Source: an uncultured bacterium
GTDB lineage: Bacteria; Hydrothermota; Tepidihabitantia; B3-TA06; CAYQJV01
Assembly: GCA_964417925.1 (NCBI GenBank)
Contig: CAYQJV010000002.1
Span: forward strand, 20,952-84,951
DNA: 64,000 bases
Direction: 5' to 3'
Shown here: piece after piece, positions 52,233-61,395 of the stretch
Numbering within the stretch: the stretch's first letter is position 1
How the letters are laid out: the number at the start of each line of letters is the position of its first letter
Translations under genes and position numbers: made by a program
Notes under the pieces: model-generated
The model's database searches: none
Told to the model about the DNA's origin: nothing
What the model saw: only the letters and a program-made list of their open reading frames with translations

Positions 52233-53424
52233 ATCTCCAAAGGAACAACTTGAAATAATTTTACATAGGGTTGCAGAGTGTATAAGAGAAGAGGAGTTAT
52301 TGAAGAAACTTGAAATTTCTTATAAAGAAAAAAAACCTCTGAGAGTTAAACTTGGAATAGATGCTTCAGGACCTGATATTCATCTCGGATTTGCTGTTCC
52401 ATTGAGAAAATTAAGGCAGTTTCAGGAACTTGGGCATACTGCAGTACTTATAGTCGGAGATTTTACAGGAATGATAGGCGATCCTACAGGAAGGTCAAAA
52501 ACAAGACCTCAACTTACAGAGGAACAGATAAGAGAGAATATAAAGAGATATACCCGACAGCTTTACAAGATTTTATTACCAGAAAGAACAGAAATAAGAT
52601 ATAACAGTGAATGGCTTGGAAAACTTACTGCAAAAGATATTGTAATGATTGCCTCAAAATATACGGTTGCAAGGATGATAGAGAGGGATGACTTTTCTAA
52701 AAGGTTGAAAGAAGGTATACCCGTATATATCCATGAAATTCTTTATCCTCTTTTTCAGGGATATGACTCGGTAATGGTGGATGCAGATGTGGAGTTAGGT
52801 GGTACAGATCAAAAGTTTAACTTTATGGTGGCACGGGAGTTGATGAGAGAATTTGGTAAAGAGCCAGAGGTCATAATTACCATGCCCCTCCTTGAAGGAA
52901 CTGATGGAAAAATGAAGATGAGTAAATCTTATGGAAACTACATAGGAATAGAAGAATCGCCCAATGAGATGTTTGGGAAGATAATGTCTCTTCCAGATGA
53001 GTTAATTATGAAATATTTTTATTTATGTACTGAACTATCCGATGAAGAGATAAAAGATATAGAGAAAAAATTACAGCAGGGGGAGAATCCGAAAAATATA
53101 AAAATGTTGCTTGCACAAAAGATAGTGTCTATGTATCATTCGCAGGATGATGCAGAAAAGGCAAAAGAGGAGTTTGAAAGAGTTTTTTCAAAAAGAGAGG
53201 TTCCTACCCATATTCCTGAATTTAAAATAAAAGAAGAAAAAAGAGTAATAGATGTGATGGTTGAGGCAGGAATGGTTAGCTCAAGGAGTGAAGCAAAGAG
53301 ATTGATAGCTCAAGGGGGGGTAGATATTAATGGGGAAAAAATAAAAACTATTGATTTTAAACTTTTACCAGGAAAGGAGTATTTAATTAAAGTAGGTAAA
53401 AGAAGATTTTTAAGGGTTCTTTAA
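52213..53424 (+). CDS. tyrS: Tyrosine-tRNA ligase
   Basis: G.DASGPDIHLG, GDPTGR, YPLFQGYD, GGTDQ, KMSKS, C-terminal S4 domain. Confidence 0.97.
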   Translation: MEITSFKSPKEQLEIILHRVAECIREEELLKKLEISYKEKKPLRVKLGIDASGPDIHLGFAVPLRKLRQFQELGHTAVLIVGDFTGMIGDPTGRSKTRPQLTEEQIRENIKRYTRQLYKILLPERTEIRYNSEWLGKLTAKDIVMIASKYTVARMIERDDFSKRLKEGIPVYIHEILYPLFQGYDSVMVDADVELGGTDQKFNFMVARELMREFGKEPEVIITMPLLEGTDGKMKMSKSYGNYIGIEESPNEMFGKIMSLPDELIMKYFYLCTELSDEEIKDIEKKLQQGENPKNIKMLLAQKIVSMYHSQDDAEKAKEEFERVFSKREVPTHIPEFKIKEEKRVIDVMVEAGMVSSRSEAKRLIAQGGVDINGEKIKTIDFKLLPGKEYLIKVGKRRFLRVL

Positions 53425-53661
53425 TTCTTTATTCCATTTTCCGTTTATAAAAAACACTACAAGAAAAGCTACACTAAGGACAATAAGAGTTGTGGTTTTA
53501 GGAAAACAATAAGCGGTTATTAAACTTCCCCATACCAGTGACCATCCTGCAACAAATTTTTTAATAGTCAATTTTCTTTTTTTATCCTCTTTTATTTTTC
53601 TTATGGTTAAATAACTTCCTACAAAACATCCTACAATAATTACAATGTACACGTAAACCAT
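53410..53661 (-). CDS. Small membrane protein of unknown function
   Basis: 83 aa with three hydrophobic segments; own perfect promoter 7 nt upstream of the ATG. Confidence 0.65.
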   Translation of the reverse strand: MVYVYIVIIVGCFVGSYLTIRKIKEDKKRKLTIKKFVAGWSLVWGSLITAYCFPKTTTLIVLSVAFLVVFFINGKWNKELKNP

Positions 53662-53668
53662 GATATCA

Positions 53669-53696
53669 ATTATAGTTTATGTGCATTAAATGTCAA
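53669..53696 (-). promoter_or_regulatory. Sigma70 promoter TTGACA-16-TATAAT, leaderless start
   Basis: Perfect hexamers. Confidence 0.8.
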
Positions 53697-53711
53697 TATT
53701 ATTATAAAAAA

Positions 53712-54035
53712 GAGAGTGTTCGAAAAATTCTCATTGCCTATCGTAAAAAAATCACCAATGACTTTTATATTTCTCATTACCATGCCCTTGAAAAACTTTA
53801 TTGAATATATGTTATCATAACCTATATCCCTGGATCATCTGCTATCCAAACCCTTAAATTAAAAATAACTTTCTGCAATAGTTTCTTAGAAAGTCTTTTG
53901 ATTCGGGAAATGATATGTTGAGAGGAATGGGAGAGATGAAAAGACCCTGTGGGCTTTTCCAAAACTTCCAACTCTCAAAACTTTAAAAATATGCAAAAAT
54001 TCCCCCAATGTAGCTCTTATTTTTCGAACACTCTC
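53712..54035. mobile_element. IS5/IS4-superfamily MITE (324 bp)
   Basis: Perfect 17-bp TIR GAGAGTGTTCGAAAAAT; shares internal blocks (TTGAGAGGAATGGGAGAGATGAAAA; AATATGCAAAAATTCCCCCAATG) with 39041..39599. Confidence 0.8.
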
Positions 54036-54107
54036 ACCCATAAAATCTATCTTTAACCATCTTCACTAATAAGTGGATTTCTATATTTCTAAATTTTGGA
54101 AAAATGC

Positions 54108-54135
54108 TTGACATACTCCGAATACTGAGTAAATT
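54108..54135 (+). promoter_or_regulatory. Sigma70 promoter TTGACA-16-TAAATT
   Basis: Upstream of the substrate-binding protein gene with AAGGAGG SD. Confidence 0.65.
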
Positions 54136-54159
54136 TATTTTGTAAACCAAGGAGGAAAT

Positions 54160-55110
54160 ATGAAAAGAATTCTCTATCTTCTTTTATTAAGTATAGGAGT
54201 GTTTTTAAGATGTGGGGAGCGTATTCATAAAGTTGCCATTGTAACCTTTGTTTCTCATCCTGATATTCAGCAGTGTATAAAAGGTATAGAAGATGCTCTT
54301 AAAGAAGAGGGATTTGAAAGCGGTAAAAATATAAAGATAGAAAAATTTAATGCTGAAGCAGATACTGCTAAACTTGTAGAAATAGCAAAAAACTTGGAGG
54401 GGCACTACTCTTTAATAATAATACTTACAACTCCGGCATTAGAGGAAGTATCCAGAAGAGTGTTTAGAACTCCTTGCGTATTTGGTGCTGTATCTTATCC
54501 TCTTGGAGTAAGAGGAATAGGAGAAAGTTATGAAACTCACAGAGAGAATATCACAGGAGTGGGGACCCCACCGGTTGTTAAAAAAACCATAAAATACATG
54601 CTATCCTTTATCAATCCTAAAACTATAGGAATAATATGGACACCCAAGGAAGTAAATGCATGGCTGGAAAGAGAAGAAGTTAAAAGACTAAGCAAAAGTC
54701 TAAAATTTAAACTTATAACAAAAATGGTAACCTCTCCTCAGGAGGTTACAAAGATGACAGAGGAACTCTTCTCAGAAAATATTGGAGGAATTTACATGTT
54801 GCATGATAATACAGTAATGTCTAAACTTGATGAAATAATCAAAATGGCTGATAAAGAAAGGAAACCTGTAGTAGGTCCTACTGCTTTGTCTGTAGAGAAA
54901 GGTTCCATATTAGGAATCGGTGCAGATTATTATAAAGTTGGTAAAAAAGTAGGAGTAATGGCTGCAAAGGTGCTTAAAGGCACTCCTCCCAAAGATATCC
55001 CCATTATAGACTATGCTCCTGAAATGATGTGGGTAAATAAAACAAAAGCAGAAAAGTTCGGAATTAAACTTCCATCATCACTTTTAAAAAATGCTGTGAA
55101 GGTATTCTAA
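54160..55110 (+). CDS. ABC transporter substrate-binding lipoprotein (ABC_sub_bind type)
   Basis: Lipoprotein-like N-terminus, SHPDI, NAEAD, PCVFGAV.YP, NITGV, DNTV, G.DYY.VG, P.DIPI. Confidence 0.85.
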   Translation: MKRILYLLLLSIGVFLRCGERIHKVAIVTFVSHPDIQQCIKGIEDALKEEGFESGKNIKIEKFNAEADTAKLVEIAKNLEGHYSLIIILTTPALEEVSRRVFRTPCVFGAVSYPLGVRGIGESYETHRENITGVGTPPVVKKTIKYMLSFINPKTIGIIWTPKEVNAWLEREEVKRLSKSLKFKLITKMVTSPQEVTKMTEELFSENIGGIYMLHDNTVMSKLDEIIKMADKERKPVVGPTALSVEKGSILGIGADYYKVGKKVGVMAAKVLKGTPPKDIPIIDYAPEMMWVNKTKAEKFGIKLPSSLLKNAVKVF

Positions 55111-55118
55111 AAAATAGG

Positions 55119-55146
55119 TTGACATTTAGATGTTTTTGAATAACAT
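55119..55146 (+). promoter_or_regulatory. Sigma70 promoter TTGACA-16-TAACAT
   Basis: Upstream of the PASTA gene with AAGGAGG SD. Confidence 0.65.
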
Positions 55147-55164
55147 TGTAAAAAAGGAGGAAAA

Positions 55165-55845
55165 ATGAAAAAAGTGATTCCCCTTCTATTGATAACTGTG
55201 CTGGGTTTTATAGTATGCCAGCCCACTGTGGAGGTTCCTGACCTAAAGAATTCCACGGTGGAAAATGCAAAAATAGCCCTTAAAAGTAAAGGTCTACTAA
55301 TAGAAGTGGTGGGTGTTGTAGAATCTGCCGAAGTAGCGGAGGGATTAATTGCAGAACAATCTCCAATGGCAGGTTCTGTAGTAAAGAAAGGAGCAACAGT
55401 TAAAGTATGGCTTTCAAAAGGTGTACCCGAAAGAATAGTTCCCTACCTTGTTGGACTCTCTCTTTCTGATGCTACTCATAAGTTAGACGCTTTAAATCTT
55501 AAAGTAGGAAAAATAGAAAATCAGTACTCTGATGAAATTCCAGAAAACCATATAATAGCTACAGAACCTCCTTCAGGAACCAAAGTACCCAAGGGTACAG
55601 CGGTTAATTTAGTTGTAAGTCTTGGTCCAAAACCCGTAGAAACAGTAGTAGTTCCGAAAGTTACCGGATACAAACATTGGAAAGCAGAAGACATACTGAA
55701 ATCAAAGGGACTTAAAGTTAAGAAAATATACAGAGTAAGCACAGAGTATTATGAAGGTACTGTGTATGCTCAAAAACCAAAAGCAGGAGAAATAGTACCC
55801 AAGGGAACTGTGGTTACTTTATATGTAGCAACAGTATTAAGATAA
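55165..55845 (+). CDS. Exported protein with three PASTA domains
   Basis: Three VP.L/V.G...A...L...GL repeats with Q.P..G..V.KG..V. Confidence 0.9.
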   Translation: MKKVIPLLLITVLGFIVCQPTVEVPDLKNSTVENAKIALKSKGLLIEVVGVVESAEVAEGLIAEQSPMAGSVVKKGATVKVWLSKGVPERIVPYLVGLSLSDATHKLDALNLKVGKIENQYSDEIPENHIIATEPPSGTKVPKGTAVNLVVSLGPKPVETVVVPKVTGYKHWKAEDILKSKGLKVKKIYRVSTEYYEGTVYAQKPKAGEIVPKGTVVTLYVATVLR

Positions 55846-55863
55846 CAAAACGCAAATTGATTG

Positions 55864-55902
55864 GGCGGGTCTGGTAAATCACCGGATCCGCCTTTTTATT
55901 TT
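55864..55902 (+). terminator. Intrinsic terminator
   Basis: GGCGGGTCTGGT-AAATC-ACCGGATCCGCC stem followed by TTTTTATTTTT. Confidence 0.8.
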
Positions 55903-55903
55903 T

Positions 55904-57280
55904 ATGGAATGGCTAAATGTACTCTACAAGAAGATAGAAAAAGATAGAATAATCACAGATCGGTCTATTCTACTTTCCTATTTAAAAGATGAAACTTCTG
56001 AGTTAGAGGGGAAAGCTGAAGTCCTCATAAGACCTGAAAAAAAAGAAGAAATAATAGAAGTTATTAAGACTGCTAATGAATACAGAATTCCTGTAACTCC
56101 AAGAGGCGCAGGCACAGGGGTAAGTGGTGGAGCTGTCCCTCTTTATGGAGGGATAATCCTCTCCTTGGAGAAGATGAATAAAATAATTGAAATTGATAAA
56201 AAAAACAGAATAGCAGTGGTAGAACCCGGAGTAATTACAGGAATCTTTCAAAAAGAGGTAGAAAAAGAAGGACTTTTTTATCCTCCGGACCCAGCAAGTC
56301 TTGATTCCTGTACCATCGGAGGAAATGTAGCAGAAAATGCAGGGGGTCCGAGAGCAGTTAAATATGGGGTTACTAAGAATTATGTAACAGGTATTGAATT
56401 CATAACTGCCACAGGGGAATCAATAATAATAGGAGGAAAATTACATAAAAACGTCACAGGATATGACCTTATCGGACTTCTTGTGGGATCAGAAGGAACC
56501 TTAGGTATTTTTACAAAAATTTTTTTAAAACTTTTACCTTTACCTAAATACAGGGTAGACATACTGGTACCTTTCAGAACACTGGAGGATGCTATTAATT
56601 CCTTTGAGAAGATATTTCCAAAATTTTTACCTGTGAATATTGAGTTTGCCGAAAAGGAAAGTATAGATATTGCACGAGAATTTCTTGAAGATAGAATGAT
56701 TTTAAAAGATGCAGAAGCTTATCTTATAATAGGATTTGATGGAAATAATATGGACTCTATTGAAAAAGAGTATGCTATGGTGGGTGAATTATGCATAGAA
56801 AATAATGCAATTGATGTATTTGTTGCGGATAACGAAAAAACAAGAGAAAGATTATGGAAAGCAAGAAGAGCAATGCATGATGCTGTAAAGGTTAAAAGTC
56901 CTATAATGGAACGGGAGGATGTGGTGGTTCCTGTATCAGAGTTGAAAAAATTGATAAGAAAAATTAAACACCTTTCTGAAAAATATAAACTCAGTATAAT
57001 TGCTTTTGGCCATGCAGGGGACGGGAATATCCATGTAAATATCTTGAAAGGCAACACTCCTTTGGAAGAATGGAAGGAAAAAAGAAAAAATGTGGTAAAA
57101 GAACTCTTAGAAAATGTGATAATACTTGGTGGAACGCTTACCGGAGAGCATGGAATAGGAGTGGTAAAAAAAGATTATCTATGCATGGCAGTTGGAAAAC
57201 CTGCCTTAACGCTTTACAAAAAGATAAAAGAAACGTTTGATCCTTACAATATACTTAACCCAGGTAAAATAATACCATGA
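55904..57280 (+). CDS. FAD-linked oxidase (GlcD/D-lactate dehydrogenase family)
   Basis: PRGAGTG.SGG, YPPDPAS, TIGGNVAENAGG, GSEGTLG, GHAGDGNIH, GEHGIG. Confidence 0.93.
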   Translation: MEWLNVLYKKIEKDRIITDRSILLSYLKDETSELEGKAEVLIRPEKKEEIIEVIKTANEYRIPVTPRGAGTGVSGGAVPLYGGIILSLEKMNKIIEIDKKNRIAVVEPGVITGIFQKEVEKEGLFYPPDPASLDSCTIGGNVAENAGGPRAVKYGVTKNYVTGIEFITATGESIIIGGKLHKNVTGYDLIGLLVGSEGTLGIFTKIFLKLLPLPKYRVDILVPFRTLEDAINSFEKIFPKFLPVNIEFAEKESIDIAREFLEDRMILKDAEAYLIIGFDGNNMDSIEKEYAMVGELCIENNAIDVFVADNEKTRERLWKARRAMHDAVKVKSPIMEREDVVVPVSELKKLIRKIKHLSEKYKLSIIAFGHAGDGNIHVNILKGNTPLEEWKEKRKNVVKELLENVIILGGTLTGEHGIGVVKKDYLCMAVGKPALTLYKKIKETFDPYNILNPGKIIP

Positions 57281-58404
57281 AGATACTTCTTGTAACCGAT
57301 GCCTACTATCCCTACCCCTCAGGACTCTCAGAATATGTGGGAAATCTTGCTTTACATCTTGAAAGATCAGGGCACAGTGTGAATATAGTAGCCACCTCAT
57401 TTAGAACTCATGAAGAGAAAAAATATAAAGCAATTAGAGTAGGAAAAGTAGTATACATTCCTATGAATGGATCTTACGCCACCGCTCCATTTGGATTTGA
57501 AATCCCTGCGAAAATGAAATGGATAGTAGAAAGAGGTAAATACGATATTATACATCTTAATGGTCCTATGTTTCCGAATCTCTCCTTCTTTGCTTTAAAA
57601 TATTCTAATACCAGAACTATAGCAACATTCCATTCTGCATCTGAAAAAAACAAAGGAAGAGGAGCAAGAATATTCAAGTGGTTATTTGGGAAGTTGTATG
57701 AAAAAATAGATGTAAAGATAGCAGTTTCTGAAACTGCCTTAAAGAACCATGAACCTTACATTCCTGGCCCATATTATATAATTCCCAATGGAGTGGACGA
57801 TGAAAGGTTTACTCCCACAGGTAAAAAACTAAAAAAAATGGATGGAAATTCAATACTTTTTGTAGGAAGATTAGATCGTAGAAAAGGACTTCATAGATTA
57901 TTAAAAGCATTTGTACATGTTAAGAAAAAAGTAAAAGATGCTAAACTCTTTGTAGTAGGAAAAGGTCCTTTAAGAAATCTTTATAAAAAGATGGTTCAGG
58001 AACTTGGCATAGAAAAGGAAGTTGAATTTGAAGGATTTGTCTCCGAAGAAATGATTCCTGTATACTTCAGGTCGGCAAAGGTATATACCTCCCCTGCGGA
58101 AGGTGGGGAATCTTTTGGAATAGTCCTCATAGAGGCAATGGCCTCTGCAACTCCTGTGGTTGCTTCAAATATAGCTGGGTATAGAGATGTAATAAAAAAT
58201 GGAGTAAACGGTGTTCTCGTAGATACCAATGACTCTCAAAAATATGCAGAAATATTAGTAGAAATCTTAAAAAACTCTCGTTTCAGACACCAACTCATTA
58301 CTGCAGGATTAGAAGATGTGAAAAAAAAGTACTCGTGGAAGGTGGTATCCAAGAGGATAGAAAATCTTTACTATTCAAATAGCTTGGATAAATTGACATA
58401 TTGA
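57277..58404 (+). CDS. GT4 glycosyltransferase (PimA-like)
   Basis: FVGRLDRRKG, GGESFGIVLIEAMA, NGVNG.LV. Confidence 0.9.
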   Translation: MKILLVTDAYYPYPSGLSEYVGNLALHLERSGHSVNIVATSFRTHEEKKYKAIRVGKVVYIPMNGSYATAPFGFEIPAKMKWIVERGKYDIIHLNGPMFPNLSFFALKYSNTRTIATFHSASEKNKGRGARIFKWLFGKLYEKIDVKIAVSETALKNHEPYIPGPYYIIPNGVDDERFTPTGKKLKKMDGNSILFVGRLDRRKGLHRLLKAFVHVKKKVKDAKLFVVGKGPLRNLYKKMVQELGIEKEVEFEGFVSEEMIPVYFRSAKVYTSPAEGGESFGIVLIEAMASATPVVASNIAGYRDVIKNGVNGVLVDTNDSQKYAEILVEILKNSRFRHQLITAGLEDVKKKYSWKVVSKRIENLYYSNSLDKLTY

Positions 58405-58420
58405 AATATAAAGTTATAAT
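58393..58420 (+). promoter_or_regulatory. Sigma70 promoter TTGACA-16-TATAAT, leaderless GTG start
   Basis: Perfect hexamers; GTG 5 nt downstream. Confidence 0.8.
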
Positions 58421-58425
58421 TTGAT

Positions 58426-59553
58426 GTGGAACTCCTAAGCAGGAGAGAATTTTTAAAAAAATCTGGAGTATTCTTAGGAGTAATACTTCTTTCTCCTAAT
58501 AAACTGTTCAGCATAGGGGGACCGGGTTATGGATTTATAAAACGGAAAAAAGCCCGATTTTTTAAGCCCCTTAAAAATGGAAAGATCCAGTGTTTGCTAT
58601 GCCCGAGAGAGTGTATAGTTACTCCTGGACAAAGAGGTATGTGTAGAGTAAGAGAAAACCAAAAGGGAGTTTATTACACCCTTGTATATGGAAATCCCTG
58701 TGCTTTGCATATAGATCCTATAGAGAAAAAACCTTTCTTTCATTTTCTTCCTGGAACCCAGGCTCTATCAGTAGCCACAGCGGGGTGCAACCTTAGTTGT
58801 AAGTATTGCCAAAACTGGGAAATATCTCAATTTCCTCCAGAGAAAACCTTTAATTTCAATGTCTCTCCTTCTGAACTTGTAAATATGGCTTTAAAATATA
58901 AAACTCCATCAATTGCATATACCTATACCGAACCTTCTGTGTTTTATGAATACATGTATGATACTGCAAAAATAGCCTCTAAAAAAGGAATCTTCAATAT
59001 ATACCATTCCAATGGCTATTTAAACAAAAAACCCTTAGAAAAATTAATTCCCTATCTTTCTGCTGCGAACATAGATTTAAAAGGGTTTTCCAATTCTTTT
59101 TACAGAGAAATCTCTGGAGGGACGTTAAAACCTGTTTTAAATACAATAAAGACGCTTAAAAAAAATGGAGTATGGGTAGAAATTACAAACCTCGTGGTAC
59201 CCACTAAGAATGATTCTCCTTCTATGATAAGAGAAATGGTGAAATGGATAATTGATAATGTAGGACCAGAGGTCCCTTTACATTTTTCAAGGTTCTATCC
59301 TATGTATAAATTAAAAAATCTTCCACCAACTCCTGTTAAAACATTGGAACGTGCAAGAGAAATAGCTTTAGAAGAAGGAATGAAATTTGTGTACATAGGA
59401 AATGTATTTGGACATAAAGCAGAGAATACGTATTGTCCAAAGTGTGGTAGGGTCATCATAAAAAGAAAAGGATACACAATTTATGAAAACAATATTAAAA
59501 AGGGAAAATGCAAATTCTGTGGAGAAAGAATACCAGGGGTATGGTCAAAATAA
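58426..59553 (+). CDS. amrS: AmmeMemoRadiSam system radical SAM enzyme with twin-arginine leader
   Basis: SRREFLK leader; C.LCPREC, DPIEKKP, GCNLSCKYCQNW, AYTYTEP, LHFSRFYP, TYCPKCG. Confidence 0.9.
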   Translation: MELLSRREFLKKSGVFLGVILLSPNKLFSIGGPGYGFIKRKKARFFKPLKNGKIQCLLCPRECIVTPGQRGMCRVRENQKGVYYTLVYGNPCALHIDPIEKKPFFHFLPGTQALSVATAGCNLSCKYCQNWEISQFPPEKTFNFNVSPSELVNMALKYKTPSIAYTYTEPSVFYEYMYDTAKIASKKGIFNIYHSNGYLNKKPLEKLIPYLSAANIDLKGFSNSFYREISGGTLKPVLNTIKTLKKNGVWVEITNLVVPTKNDSPSMIREMVKWIIDNVGPEVPLHFSRFYPMYKLKNLPPTPVKTLERAREIALEEGMKFVYIGNVFGHKAENTYCPKCGRVIIKRKGYTIYENNIKKGKCKFCGERIPGVWSK

Positions 59554-59571
59554 TTAAAAAAAGGAGATAGA

Positions 59572-61392
59572 ATGTGTGGATTTTTCGCAATTGTTTTTAA
59601 ACAAGAGAGAAAAGACCTTGGAAAAATACTTTATGAAGCTGGAAAAAGATTATCTTATCGTGGATATGACTCAGCAGGTATTTTAACTATTGATGGCACA
59701 GGAGTTCATGATTTACGAAAAGATGCGGGCGAAATAGAGGAGTTGGCAAAGAAACTAAAATTTCATGAAATGAAAGGCAAAAGAGGAATAGTCCAACTGA
59801 GATGGGCCACTTTTGGCTTTCCCAATTCAAACAATTCACAACCTCATGCAGACTGTGAAGAGAAAATTTTTGGGGCCCATAACGGAAATATAATAAACAC
59901 TAAATTTTTAAGACAGGAATTAAAAAAGAATAATCATAATATTCGTGGGGAAAATGACGGAGAGGTAATTGTTCACCTATTTGAAGAAGAGTATAAAAAA
60001 AATGGTTGTATTTTAAAATCTGCTGTAAAAGTGCATAAAAGACTAAAAGGAGATTATGCTTATGTTATTACAGAAAAACATAACAATCACTTCCTTGCAG
60101 TAAAGCAAGGATCCTCACTTTTCTTGGGAATAGGAGAAGATTTCCACTGTGTATCAAGTGATCTTGTTGCAATTCTTGCTTTAACCAATAAAGTAAAATT
60201 AATAGAGGATGGGGAGATAGTGTATTTTACACACGACAAACACAGGATTTATAAAATAGATGACATAAAAGTTCCTGTAGAAAAAAAGATATTTATCCCT
60301 AATATACAACCTGAGGAAATCAACAAAGGAAGTTATAAGCATTTTATGGAAAAAGAGATTGAAGAAATACCAAAAAGAGCAGAAACTCTTATAAAGTATC
60401 TTCCAAAAGCAGAAAAGATAGAAAAAATAATAAAAATCTTAAGCGAAGCAGAAAAAGTATATTTTAGTGGAGCAGGAAGTTCGTACCATGCACTTTTGCT
60501 CGGAGCATATTATTTTAATCTCTTGGCGGGTATCCACGTTTACACTGCATATGCAAGTGAATTCTTATCAAGGTTCGGCAATGATTTCTCTAAGAAAGAT
60601 GTAGTGGTCCTTGTCTCCCAGAGTGGAGAAACTAAGGATGTGAAAAATGTTTTAGACGCGATAAAAGATAAAGCATATGTAGTATCTATTGTAAACAACA
60701 TAGGCTCTACCATTGCAGTAAAAAGTAAACTTGTTCTACCTATCGTATGTGAACTTGAAATGGCCGTTCCTGCAACGAAAACATTTGTCAATCAATGTCT
60801 TGCTTTTCTTTACCTTGCAATTAAAATTGGAGAAAGAAAAAAATATAATCCTGAAGATAAAATAACAAAAAGAGATTTACTTGCGATACCTCACTTATTA
60901 AGAGAAAACATTGAAAAAGCAAAGAAAGAAATGAAACATTTTGTGGAGTATTTAAAAAACCATAATGATGGGTATATACTTGGGTATGGTTTACAATATC
61001 CCATTTCTTTGGAAGCAGCGCTTAAAATGAAAGAGGTAGTATATGCCCATTATGAAGGGATGTATTCTGGTGAATTTAAGCACGGTCCTATTTCAAGGAT
61101 AGAAAATGGATATCCCGTAATTTTCTTTTCTTCTCCTTTAGAAAAATACTTTATACTTTCTCATATGAATGAAGCCCTCACAAGAAACGCAAAGATTCTA
61201 ACAATAGGTCCTGAAGATGAAGAAATAAAGGCTCATAGTGATTTTTATTTTACTTTAACCTCTCCAAATCCTTACATTTTTCCTTTGGTATCCATTGTAC
61301 CTTTCTATAGATTGGTGTATGAACTTGCTGTTCATCTGGGGTATAATCCGGATAGGCCAAGAAATATCTCCAAAACTATCACCGTAGATTAA
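59572..61392 (+). CDS. glmS: Glutamine-fructose-6-phosphate aminotransferase (divergent)
   Basis: MCG start, YRGYDSAG, RWAT, HNG, SQSGET, ATKTF, EAALKMKE, GEFKHGP, PRNISKTITVD. Confidence 0.85.
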   Translation: MCGFFAIVFKQERKDLGKILYEAGKRLSYRGYDSAGILTIDGTGVHDLRKDAGEIEELAKKLKFHEMKGKRGIVQLRWATFGFPNSNNSQPHADCEEKIFGAHNGNIINTKFLRQELKKNNHNIRGENDGEVIVHLFEEEYKKNGCILKSAVKVHKRLKGDYAYVITEKHNNHFLAVKQGSSLFLGIGEDFHCVSSDLVAILALTNKVKLIEDGEIVYFTHDKHRIYKIDDIKVPVEKKIFIPNIQPEEINKGSYKHFMEKEIEEIPKRAETLIKYLPKAEKIEKIIKILSEAEKVYFSGAGSSYHALLLGAYYFNLLAGIHVYTAYASEFLSRFGNDFSKKDVVVLVSQSGETKDVKNVLDAIKDKAYVVSIVNNIGSTIAVKSKLVLPIVCELEMAVPATKTFVNQCLAFLYLAIKIGERKKYNPEDKITKRDLLAIPHLLRENIEKAKKEMKHFVEYLKNHNDGYILGYGLQYPISLEAALKMKEVVYAHYEGMYSGEFKHGPISRIENGYPVIFFSSPLEKYFILSHMNEALTRNAKILTIGPEDEEIKAHSDFYFTLTSPNPYIFPLVSIVPFYRLVYELAVHLGYNPDRPRNISKTITVD

Positions 61393-61395
61393 ATT

